DNA of 64,000 nucleotides from IMG/VR virus record IMGVR_UViG_3300018494_000083. One strand, given 5' to 3'. The stretch's first letter is position 1. Every line of letters begins with the position of its first letter. This document shows, piece after piece, positions 6,411 through 15,021 of this stretch. Below the pieces are notes generated by a model, which ran no database searches, was not told the origin of the DNA, and saw only the letters and a list, made by a program, of their open reading frames with translations. The DNA is from a virus. Its lineage: Duplodnaviria > Caudoviricetes. Made by a program: the position numbers and the translations under genes.

Positions 6411-8996
6411 ACTCCAATATCATACGGATTATGGATTCAAGATAAAGGAAGTTTCGTACTTGGAACACCTGTTAGTGGAACTGCGACATATGCATATAGT
6501 TCTAATCTAGATGGTGCTACTCCAGGAATGTATAATGAGGCAGAATGGAGACAGTATTACAGATTAAATATAGACGGAATTGGAGGAGCTGGCGGTTATA
6601 CATACGGGGTTGACGGATTAGGGTATGGTTTTACTCCAGGTACACATGACGGGGTTGACGGATTATATAATGAGATGATTCGACTCGGTTATAGCGGCGA
6701 TATAAATTTTGCAGGAGCTCAAGATAGCATACGAGGTGTATAGACTCCAGCAAGAAATCATCATTCAGTACCAGTTGATTTGAAATCTATGATAAATGTA
6801 TCGATATTTGGAGATGCAAGAAGTAATTATATTGAGGCTAGCTATAATCATGGTGCTACTCCATCAATATTCATAAATTCTGATAGTCATACAAGATATA
6901 CAATTTATAACAGAGATGGACTTGGAAGAGATTATGCATATGTTATCGATAACTATGGTACTACTCCATCTGATACAAACCCAAATTATGATGGGACATT
7001 GGAAGATTTTCATTGGATAGCCAATTATGGAGGACCTTATACAGGTTGGTTACCTACTTGGATAATAGGTGTCACTCCTTTAATGCATGCCGATTCAATA
7101 CATTTAGATCAAAGATCCTTTGCCATTACATATCAAGATGGTTGTTTTCAGGTTGATCAAATCGAAAGTTATTATACCCATGGTTATTACTCCAGATAAA
7201 TTGCTTCATGTAGGCGAATTAGCAGGATGCCATTATTATTGGTTTGGTACTGGCGGATATGGAGGTTATGGCGGAACAGTTTGGGACAAAAGAGGTGTCT
7301 CAACTCCAGTCATGAATTATCACTCAATAAAAATAGATCAATACTCAATTGCCAATATATTACCTAATGGAAATGCACATGCATCTCTAATAGAAACATA
7401 TTATAATCATGGTGTCACTCCACCAGCATTTGGTTGGATGTACCAAGGGAGTCCATCTGGATACGGTCATATTGCAATCATATTTAGTTGGGGAGAATCA
7501 TCTGCTAGCAACCAAAGTACAGCTAATCCAAATGGTGCTACTCCAGGTCATGCTCTCAGGTACAATGGTATGTATCCTGCAGAAGGATCTCTTAGCCTTT
7601 CTGATGGCAGGGGAGCTGATTCTGGAACTATTTATCAGGCGTATAATGGTACTCCTTCTGTTAACGACCCAACGATGTTAATATATGGCGGATATAAATA
7701 TTCCTATTACTTTTATGATATGAGAGAATATGGAGGTATATCTGCTGATTCATCTGTTGGAGATCGAGGTGTTTATGACTCCATTTTGGAATACAAATTA
7801 TGATATAGCTTATCCAACATGGGTTTATAAAATAGAAAGTACTGGTTGGTGTATAAGTTATAGAAATACTACCCTGGATAAACTTGGTGATATACTCCGT
7901 CAGTAGCCGATAAATATAATGGATCTATATTGATACAGGAGAGTGTTCGGATTAATGGAGATTGTTCATGGAATGTATCAAGGGAAAAGTATGGACTCCT
8001 GGGTTGCTGGGAGACGTATATCATTGGTGCGATCAGTTTGAATACACCCAACCAGATGGGATTGTATATAGTAGTGGATTTGGATGTCATTCTAATCATG
8101 GTTACATTACTCCAGTTAGTGTGAATAAAATATATTCTAGCGACATTAATAACACTTGTGTAATTTTAAGAAATGGTGAAAGCGGGACATATGGCTATTT
8201 CTATTCAGGTGCCAATAATGGTGCTACTCCTAGTAATATGACAGATAGCAATGCTCAATTGTGGGATAATGGAATATCTGCAATCGGAACTTGGATTAAT
8301 ACTTTGTGGAATAAAATTGGTGTACAACTCCACATTTAATAGTACGAAATTTTATCCAGGAAATGTACTGTACGAGTTTAATCATAGCTGACGGATACGG
8401 TGTAACAGATCAGTGGTTCATGTCAAATTATAAGCTTGGTGAATACCACTCCAAGATCAGAATCACTAATATATGAAGGAACTGAATTATCAACGGATCA
8501 TTTGTATGCCATACATGATATCGGTCAATGCTCTCCCAGATTTTATATTAATATGTATGGTTCTACTCCAGATGTAAGATATTGGGTTGGTTTAAATGTA
8601 TGGCATGAAGGTATCTTTTGTCATATTCATACTGAATATAATGAATATGTAAATTACGCAAATTGTAAGTATGAGTTACTCCAAGTAGACGAGTTCCACC
8701 AGATGGAGAACAGAGAGGAACTAGAGTTCAAACCGATGGGACGTGTTCCGAACTTATATATACTATTCTTCGGTATGGACAACTCCAAGTAGATCTAAAG
8801 TAGCCATCAATGATGATCGATGGTGCAGATATTGGGAAAATGGGACAGTCACCTTTCAAGCATATCCAACAATCAGGTATGGTCTACTCCAAGTAATTCA
8901 AAAGCTGCAGATAGTCTGAGATGGTGTAGATTTATGAATAACGGAACAATTACAGTCTTAGCTTATCCATCAATATCGTATGAAATACTTACTTGA
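6411..8996 (+). repeat. Cassette array 1: 23 ACTCC-anchored peptide-coding units (101-127 bp spacing)
   Basis: ACTCC at 6411, 6519, 6633, 6744, 6858, 6963, 7074, 7189, 7303, 7417, 7540, 7651, 7778, 7894, 7995, 8109, 8226, 8327, 8448, 8565, 8678, 8782, 8886; each unit reads open from Thr-Pro; most end at Gly-x; no RBS or start codon. Confidence 0.9.
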
Positions 8997-9014
8997 AACA
9001 AAATAAGACATAAA

Positions 9015-9032
9015 TATACATCATATTTGTGA
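9015..9032 (+). promoter_or_regulatory. Class-2 (probably early) phage promoter motif
   Basis: TATACA-TCATATTTG-TGA; same TAT(A/G)(C/T)A-N9-TGA pattern at six intergenic sites. Confidence 0.55.
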
Positions 9033-9137
9033 TATGAGCAGGAGTAATTACAAGACTTATTATATTAATATAGGGAGTTAATATAATAACAGATCATTAG
9101 TAATCACTGTGGGTATATAAAAAGATATACTCTGATT

Positions 9138-9149
9138 AACACATCAATA
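9138..9149 (+). promoter_or_regulatory. Late-type promoter AACA-N6-TA
   Basis: AACACATCAATA upstream of 9218. Confidence 0.5.
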
Positions 9150-9217
9150 ATGTACCGTGAAATGCGGCGCATGTTAATTATCATATCAAAAAAATAATTC
9201 AAAGAGAGGTACACAAA

Positions 9218-9976
9218 ATGACCACAACAAATCCGAAACTCACACTTAGCACTGAAGTCCTTGGTGTGGCAGAAGGAAAACCGGAGGATCTGTCAGGTTA
9301 TATCCTTAATCCTAAGGAAGTATCTTCTGCTGTTGCGAGGGTATTTGAACTTTTGGGTGTTGACAAGGATGATATCAGATGCGTAAAGCTCGCTTCTGAT
9401 GCTGACAACAAGCCTAAGATTATCGTCGAGGTTTCCTACAAAGCTGTTAAGAAGAACGACGATAACCAGCCTACCGCTTCCTGGACCGAGTTCTATGAAG
9501 GCGGCAATCCCGAAGGTGGAAAGAATCGTCTCTCCAACTTCATTTACAAGTCCCTTATGGGCTGTGCGTATTATGGACAGGATCACAACGCTCTCAAGTG
9601 GCGTAAGGTTGTCCGTGGAGATGCTAAGTACGCTCAGATCGAGTTCGATCCTTACATCTTCATTGCATTCGCATACAACATCAACTTCGCTGATCCCTTC
9701 TTCAAGATCTCTGCTCCTGCTACTCGCTGGACTTCCAACGATAAGCTCGACGAGATGTCCGGTAAGGAGAGAAAGGCAATTCTTCGCAAGGAAGCAGAAT
9801 ACAAAGAGGAGAATCTTCGTCCCTGTGTCTTCTACGTAACTTTCGCAAAGAATTCTACTTGGAGAGCTAAAGACGGCTCTCAGGTAAACGGCTTCCATCC
9901 TGAGCAGGTTGAGTACGTTTACGGCGAGATGACTCGCGAGAGAAAGAAGGAGAAGAAAAAGAAGAAGAACCACTAA
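9218..9976 (+). CDS. Hypothetical protein, high-expression codon bias, basic C-terminal tail
   Basis: 252-aa ORF, GAGAGG SD, own terminator, ends RERKKEKKKKKNH. Confidence 0.8.
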   Translation: MTTTNPKLTLSTEVLGVAEGKPEDLSGYILNPKEVSSAVARVFELLGVDKDDIRCVKLASDADNKPKIIVEVSYKAVKKNDDNQPTASWTEFYEGGNPEGGKNRLSNFIYKSLMGCAYYGQDHNALKWRKVVRGDAKYAQIEFDPYIFIAFAYNINFADPFFKISAPATRWTSNDKLDEMSGKERKAILRKEAEYKEENLRPCVFYVTFAKNSTWRAKDGSQVNGFHPEQVEYVYGEMTRERKKEKKKKKNH

Positions 9977-10019
9977 GGTCCTCTCTTTATTCTCCACCGA
10001 TAACACTAGTCGGTAAGAT

Positions 10020-10064
10020 AAATACGGAATGGGGTTTCGGCTCCATTCCGTATTTTTATTTTTT
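10020..10064 (+). terminator. Rho-independent terminator
   Basis: AAATACGGAATGGGGT-TTCG-GCTCCATTCCGTATTT plus T tract. Confidence 0.85.
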
Positions 10065-10089
10065 ATCTTAAGAAAGATGGTTTACTATT

Positions 10090-10500
10090 ATGGCAAAAGA
10101 AATTTCATGTAAAGTACTTAAAGTATATTGCCAAACTGATGAAACTGAATACGGGGATACTCGTATGTGTGAAATCAGTTGGAATAATAGACCATGTAGT
10201 GGTGTGGATATTCGTAAATATGATAAATCGCGTGATGCTATGTTTAAAGGTATCACAGTTACATATAAAGGTTTGGAAGACATCGTAACAGCAGCCATTG
10301 AACATGGCTTAGTTGATACAGATGTCGTAAAGATGGCTATCGATAAGAGAGAAAACTCTGTATTCGGAGACGAAGATTTTGCTAAGTTGTTCAAGAAGAT
10401 GAATCACGAAAGTGAAGCTTATGAAAGAGATAAGTACGGAATGCTTCGAGATGACGATGGTAGAATTGTAATCTCTGCTAGACGAAAGGGGCTCAAGTAA
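10090..10500 (+). CDS. PC4/YdbC-like single-stranded DNA-binding protein
   Basis: RMCEISWNNR...VDIRKYD...MFKGITVT matches the PC4/YdbC pattern (SWN..DIR.W..KGITL). Confidence 0.7.
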   Translation: MAKEISCKVLKVYCQTDETEYGDTRMCEISWNNRPCSGVDIRKYDKSRDAMFKGITVTYKGLEDIVTAAIEHGLVDTDVVKMAIDKRENSVFGDEDFAKLFKKMNHESEAYERDKYGMLRDDDGRIVISARRKGLK

Positions 10501-11522
10501 TGAACTATCCTGAAGTTTACGATGACATAGCCGAAACCTTACGAACTGCACTTGGTCGCAATAAGATCAAATACTCAGTCTTGGATGAATTACTTGAACT
10601 TCCCAGAATTGATGCAATTCATATTAATCTGGATAGTATCTTTTCATTCATTACTGCTAAGTATTTGGTAAAGTCTGAAGAAATAGATGCATCGTATAGA
10701 TATGTGATAGCTTCGTCGATACTGAATATCGTGGGTCATTATCGCCACTTCTGTGTAAGACGTGGATGGATTCCTACAATATATCTCTATGTCACAAATA
10801 AGTGGAGTGAGACAGTTGAGGCTTCCCTAAAGCTCATCGAGATTATATCTTATTATATCGATAAGGTATACTTCATGAAAGTGACAAAACATGATGCTCC
10901 TTATATCTATATGAACTATTTCATTCGAGAGCAAAAGAATTTCAATAACTTAATCCTCACGAAGGATATGATGGATCTTCAGTTACTTGCGGAATATACT
11001 CATGTAATTCATCTGAACAAAGACAATAGTATCTATTATTCACCTAAGAATCTTTGGTACAATATGTCTGAAGGTGCGGTTGAGCATAGTGTGATGACAC
11101 ATGAGCTTATTGGTCCTGTGTTATTCTATTCTGGAACTGGCACAAAGAATTCCGGTGTAAAGAATATGGGTAAAAAGAAGACCGTTAAGTTATTCGATAA
11201 ACTCGTATCCAGAGGTCAACTTACTAATAGCCGATACTTCAGCTATGAAGATATTGTCTATGATGCTGGGGATTTCCTGGATGACGATCTGACAAAGTTC
11301 AAAGAAAACTTCGCAAAGTATGACTTATTTACCCGATACAACAAGGTTATGACCACAAGCAAATCTCGAATCTTGGACAGTTATATAATAGATAAATTCT
11401 CGAGAAAAGATCTCTATGAATTGAATAATAAATACTTTACAGGATTCGATAGCTTGCAACTTGAATATCTCATGGAAGTTCCTGCAGATCCTAAAGCAGG
11501 CGGTCGTAAACTGAAATGGTAG
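10500..11522 (+). CDS. 5'-3' exonuclease/flap endonuclease-like protein (divergent)
   Basis: IHINLDS, LILTKDMMDLQLL (cf. SGDKDLLQL), GVKNMGKKKTVKL (cf. H3TH GVxGIGxKTA). Confidence 0.55.
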   Translation: MNYPEVYDDIAETLRTALGRNKIKYSVLDELLELPRIDAIHINLDSIFSFITAKYLVKSEEIDASYRYVIASSILNIVGHYRHFCVRRGWIPTIYLYVTNKWSETVEASLKLIEIISYYIDKVYFMKVTKHDAPYIYMNYFIREQKNFNNLILTKDMMDLQLLAEYTHVIHLNKDNSIYYSPKNLWYNMSEGAVEHSVMTHELIGPVLFYSGTGTKNSGVKNMGKKKTVKLFDKLVSRGQLTNSRYFSYEDIVYDAGDFLDDDLTKFKENFAKYDLFTRYNKVMTTSKSRILDSYIIDKFSRKDLYELNNKYFTGFDSLQLEYLMEVPADPKAGGRKLKW

Positions 11523-11532
11523 GAGGTAACAC

Positions 11533-12777
11533 ATGTCAATACCTGTAACTGACCTTTCGGTCTACAAATATATGCTCAGTGATGTAACTCTGACAGCTCC
11601 TGGTTGGTCTGAACCATACGTCATTGAGCAAGGTAAAATCACTTCTGTTTCAATTGTGAATAACTATGAGGGTGCTATCATTCCTCAGTTATCACTTGAA
11701 GCAGTTGTTCCATATAAGACATACTATGAGATCTTGGCATCTTCCAAGAATCTCGAAGCAACATTTACTATCTCTTCTACAATCGGAGGAGATACCAGTG
11801 GATCGGGTGAACAGACACCTTTGGCAGCCTATAATAATGAGTATGCTAAAGTTAAGATGCGTGCAACTAACCAAGGTTATGTGCACTCACGAGATGTTGT
11901 TGAAACCCAGATGGACATCACAGGTGATACATCAACTAGCGAGTCTATGGATATGCAGATCAAACTGTTTCTGTATGACTCGGAGAAGTTGATTAAATAT
12001 AGACGCAATAAGTCGTTTGTTATTAACGGTAACATGAACGATGCTATCTATGAAATGCTTTCTAGCCGAGGTGTAGATAATATAGTATTTACACCAACCA
12101 TGGAAGTAGAACAAGCTACTTATGCAATTCCTTATGGTGACCTTGGTCAGAATCTTGAAGATCTCAATCGCCACTATGGAATATATGATTACAAGTATCT
12201 ATTCTTTATGGGTCTCGACCGTACATACTTGATCTCTAAGGGAAACCTCGGAAACGATCTCGAGTATGGTGAATTAGGTACTGTTAATGTCTATGTAGAG
12301 CCTTATGATTCCGAAACGCCTAATATCTATGCTGGTTGCTATCGAGATGAGATTAATAAACTCTATGTACTTGGTACAATGGATGCAAAGATTGATGATG
12401 TCGACACTCTTGCAGACTATGCATATGGTGGCAAGATCACCAGTGTAGTAGCAGGAACCAAAAACAAATACACTGATACAGTTGGTACTTATGATGTAGA
12501 GAAGTCCTATCTTATAAACAATAAGAAAGAACATACTCAGTTCATCCACGAGCTTCATGAAAGTAAGAGAATGCTTATGGTAAACTTCAAGAACATCGAC
12601 CTTAGTATCATTACACCCAACAAGAAATATGTGGTTTTAGCTAATGAAAAATTCTATGACCAGGATTATGAAATCTCTGGAGAATATAGATTGGCTAACT
12701 CTTCGATTGCTCTTGTTAATGATGGTACCGGTGCATTCAATGCAACTGTATCTTTAAGCTTACTCAAAGTAAACTAA
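11533..12777 (+). CDS. Virion structural protein, possibly baseplate hub
   Basis: 414 aa, beta-rich, IVNNYE..IIP, YGIY..YLFF, ITPNKKY; GGAGG SD. Confidence 0.5.
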   Translation: MSIPVTDLSVYKYMLSDVTLTAPGWSEPYVIEQGKITSVSIVNNYEGAIIPQLSLEAVVPYKTYYEILASSKNLEATFTISSTIGGDTSGSGEQTPLAAYNNEYAKVKMRATNQGYVHSRDVVETQMDITGDTSTSESMDMQIKLFLYDSEKLIKYRRNKSFVINGNMNDAIYEMLSSRGVDNIVFTPTMEVEQATYAIPYGDLGQNLEDLNRHYGIYDYKYLFFMGLDRTYLISKGNLGNDLEYGELGTVNVYVEPYDSETPNIYAGCYRDEINKLYVLGTMDAKIDDVDTLADYAYGGKITSVVAGTKNKYTDTVGTYDVEKSYLINNKKEHTQFIHELHESKRMLMVNFKNIDLSIITPNKKYVVLANEKFYDQDYEISGEYRLANSSIALVNDGTGAFNATVSLSLLKVN

Positions 12778-12791
12778 GAGAGGTAAATACT

Positions 12792-13004
12792 ATGGCAATC
12801 TTACATAAAGTATCTTGCCTCTATGAGAATGATATTGACAAGTTCAATAATATTCTTAAAGAAAATGATTTCTTCATCTGTAGCGGTGGTCCACAGTATG
12901 TATTGCTTAAGGGCGAACGTCAATTCGGTCAACGATTTGAGACACCTCAGGCAGCATACTTGTGGGCTATTCAAGAAATTTTCGGGCAAGATTCATACGG
13001 TTAA
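12792..13004 (+). CDS. Small hypothetical protein
   Basis: 70 aa, GAGAGG SD, followed by terminator. Confidence 0.7.
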   Translation: MAILHKVSCLYENDIDKFNNILKENDFFICSGGPQYVLLKGERQFGQRFETPQAAYLWAIQEIFGQDSYG

Positions 13005-13016
13005 ACAACAAAGATA

Positions 13017-13052
13017 AAGAGTATAGGAAAAATCCTATACTCTTATTTTTTT
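13017..13052 (+). terminator. Rho-independent terminator
   Basis: AAGAGTATAGGA-AAAA-TCCTATACTCTT plus T tract. Confidence 0.85.
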
Positions 13053-13072
13053 GGTTTTTAGTAGGTAGTGAT

Positions 13073-13090
13073 TATACACTATAATTGTGA
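13073..13090 (+). promoter_or_regulatory. Class-2 (probably early) promoter motif
   Basis: TATACA-CTATAATTG-TGA upstream of a small-gene cluster. Confidence 0.6.
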
Positions 13091-13131
13091 TAGAGATATC
13101 AAATAAATAAAATATAGATTGGAGAATCATT

Positions 13132-13368
13132 ATGTCAAACTACTTAGTCAAAATGAAACCCTCAGAAAAGTTACCCGATGGATCTATTTATGTAGATCAG
13201 GAAGCATGCCCTGTATTCATTGAATGCCAGGTTACCTTCGGTTCTACTAAAGTCCATGTTGTTCCTCTTGATGAGGATTATCCCGAAGGTACATATTATA
13301 AAGAAGAATTCGCTGCTCTTGTTGAAGATGGCAAGGCAGTCTTGTTGAGGGATCATGATGAAGCATAA
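13132..13368 (+). CDS. Small hypothetical protein
   Basis: 78 aa, GGAG SD. Confidence 0.7.
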   Translation: MSNYLVKMKPSEKLPDGSIYVDQEACPVFIECQVTFGSTKVHVVPLDEDYPEGTYYKEEFAALVEDGKAVLLRDHDEA

Positions 13369-13585
13369 AAATATCATATTCATACTCGCATCAATAATCA
13401 TTGTATTGGGTGCACTTGCGGCATTAATCATACTCACCCAACTTGCAATTGATCTGTTCTTATACATCTTCATTGAAACTGAACTGTATTGGATTGTGTG
13501 TCCAATCTTTATAGTTTTACTTATCGTTGGAATGATATATGGTGCCACTTCTGGAAAAGGTGGAACTTGGGAGGGAAAGAAATGA
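13355..13585 (+). CDS. Small membrane protein (2 TM)
   Basis: Two long hydrophobic stretches; GAGG SD; overlaps neighbours. Confidence 0.65.
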   Translation: MMKHKNIIFILASIIIVLGALAALIILTQLAIDLFLYIFIETELYWIVCPIFIVLLIVGMIYGATSGKGGTWEGKK

Positions 13586-14034
13586 AAAGAGTATACTCGG
13601 TATGTATAGTAATCGAATTCATATTATGTCTTGGGATGATGTTATATGCATCTAAGTCCATAATTGAAACGTATTATAATACATCACCAATTTGGGCAAT
13701 CGTCGGTGCAGTAATCTGCGATTTGATCATTGGAATTGTATGCTCTTTAATCATGGCATACATTGCAGAATGGGGAGAAAGGGACCAAAAAGAAATGAAC
13801 AAAATGACAAGAAGTGAAGCAATGGCGGCTATTCAAGCCGACCCGAACGTTAAAGTAACTCATGATTACTTTAGTCCTGAAGAATATCTTTATATGAAAG
13901 ATGGGAAGATCTACACAGAAGAAGGATATCTTTTCGAAGACTTTGACCCACATAGTCACAATAACGGAATGCGTCTTCGTGACGGCGAAAACTGGGCAAC
14001 CGGATGGAGTATCTGGAAGGGCGATAGCCAATAA
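13582..14034 (+). CDS. Membrane protein (2 N-terminal TM) with soluble C-terminal domain
   Basis: ATG 13582 after GGAGGG, coupled to upstream stop; C-terminal MTRSEAMAAI..KVTHDYFSPEEYLY..GWSIW domain. Confidence 0.65.
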   Translation: MKRVYSVCIVIEFILCLGMMLYASKSIIETYYNTSPIWAIVGAVICDLIIGIVCSLIMAYIAEWGERDQKEMNKMTRSEAMAAIQADPNVKVTHDYFSPEEYLYMKDGKIYTEEGYLFEDFDPHSHNNGMRLRDGENWATGWSIWKGDSQ

Positions 14035-14045
14035 AGATTAACAAC

Positions 14046-14096
14046 AAAAAAAACGGAGGATAGCGTAATTGCTATCCTCCAAATTTTATTTTTTTT
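14046..14096. terminator. Bidirectional terminator between convergent genes
   Basis: A tract-GGAGGATAGC-N6-GCTATCCTCC-T tract. Confidence 0.8.
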
Positions 14097-14098
14097 CT

Positions 14099-14977
14099 TT
14101 AGTTTACTGCAAACTCATACATAAGTCGAGTGGTCTCTTCTTTAGTATAAGTCTTAATGCCGAGTGAATGAATGCACTCGAGAAGAGTGTATGTGCAAAG
14201 TGTTTCACACAAAATATCTTCCATATCATCAGAGCTTACAGTTGCATTGCCGGACTCAGTCATAACAGCTCTACTCTTGTTGATGTAGATTGCATTGAAG
14301 AGAGACTTAGGACCGTTGTTGAAGACATTTACGCCACCAGCAACTGCCTCAGCCATTGTTTCTCCCTCAACTGCGGACAGAGAATCAACAACTGCGTCAA
14401 TCTTTTCTTTCTGCTCTTTGGACTTAGCCTCTTCATCCTTGTAGATGTCGATGATTCTATCCTGGAGAGCACCTGCATAAACATCCTTAGAATTTTCTCT
14501 TTCGAACTGATCGATGAGTTTCATATCATCCTTACTAAGAATGACTTTCTTATCATAAGCCTTAGCTTCCTCAGTAGACTTCTCTTCAGCGATTGCTTCA
14601 GCGAGAGGAAGGAGAGCTTTGATATAAGGGGATGCATGTTCAAGCTGAGCATGGAGCTTTTCAAACGAATCGCATTCAGAAAGTGCAGAAACAACTTCTC
14701 TGCGAGCCACAGGCATAAGCTGAGGTGCAAGTTCATTTGCATTTTCAATAACGAGCGCATCCATATACAGTCTCGACACAGCCTCTACAATTACTGCTTT
14801 GGTTACATCAAGCTGATACTTCATAACTTTCACAGGCAACTCTTTGGCTGCCATAGACTCGTTGAAAACTCTTCTACTTTCTTCAGTAGCTTCGTTGATA
14901 GCATTCACTCTTGCCTCTTCCTGAGCATATTCATCAGCTCTGACAAGCTTAAGGTATTCAGATACACTATTACCCAT
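14099..14977 (-). CDS. Probable internal head / virion protein
   Basis: 292 aa helical; repeated hydrophobic-x-E-(S/A) motifs (INEA, FNES, IVEA, MAEA, MTES); GGAGG SD; late promoter. Confidence 0.65.
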   Translation of the reverse strand: MGNSVSEYLKLVRADEYAQEEARVNAINEATEESRRVFNESMAAKELPVKVMKYQLDVTKAVIVEAVSRLYMDALVIENANELAPQLMPVARREVVSALSECDSFEKLHAQLEHASPYIKALLPLAEAIAEEKSTEEAKAYDKKVILSKDDMKLIDQFERENSKDVYAGALQDRIIDIYKDEEAKSKEQKEKIDAVVDSLSAVEGETMAEAVAGGVNVFNNGPKSLFNAIYINKSRAVMTESGNATVSSDDMEDILCETLCTYTLLECIHSLGIKTYTKEETTRLMYEFAVN

Positions 14978-15009
14978 GATACTACCTCCTAAAAATACGA
15001 TTTATTTTA

Positions 15010-15021
15010 TAATAAGATGTT
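15010..15021 (-). promoter_or_regulatory. Late-type promoter AACA-N6-TA
   Basis: AACATCTTATTA upstream of 14977. Confidence 0.6.

Noticed and set aside
6741-6743. Stop-codon reassignment to read through the arrays
   Set aside because: Normal genes end in TAA, TGA and TAG and are full length in code 11; most array breaks are frameshifts that recoding would not fix.
6300-8792. ORF-track calls inside the arrays (also 24347-25618 and 44557-45312) as real genes or one decayed pseudogene
   Set aside because: No RBS, and frame breaks fall almost only at ACTCC junctions rather than at random, which does not fit ordinary pseudogene decay.
6411-8996. CRISPR array
   Set aside because: The invariant part is only 5 bp and non-palindromic, the intervening segments are about 100-120 bp and coding in a fixed frame, and no cas genes are in the window.
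6411-8996. GGAGT on the minus strand as SD sites for a series of antisense mini-genes
   Set aside because: Only a few junctions have ATG at SD distance (most give ATC, ATA or ATT), while open frames and conserved residues are on the + strand.
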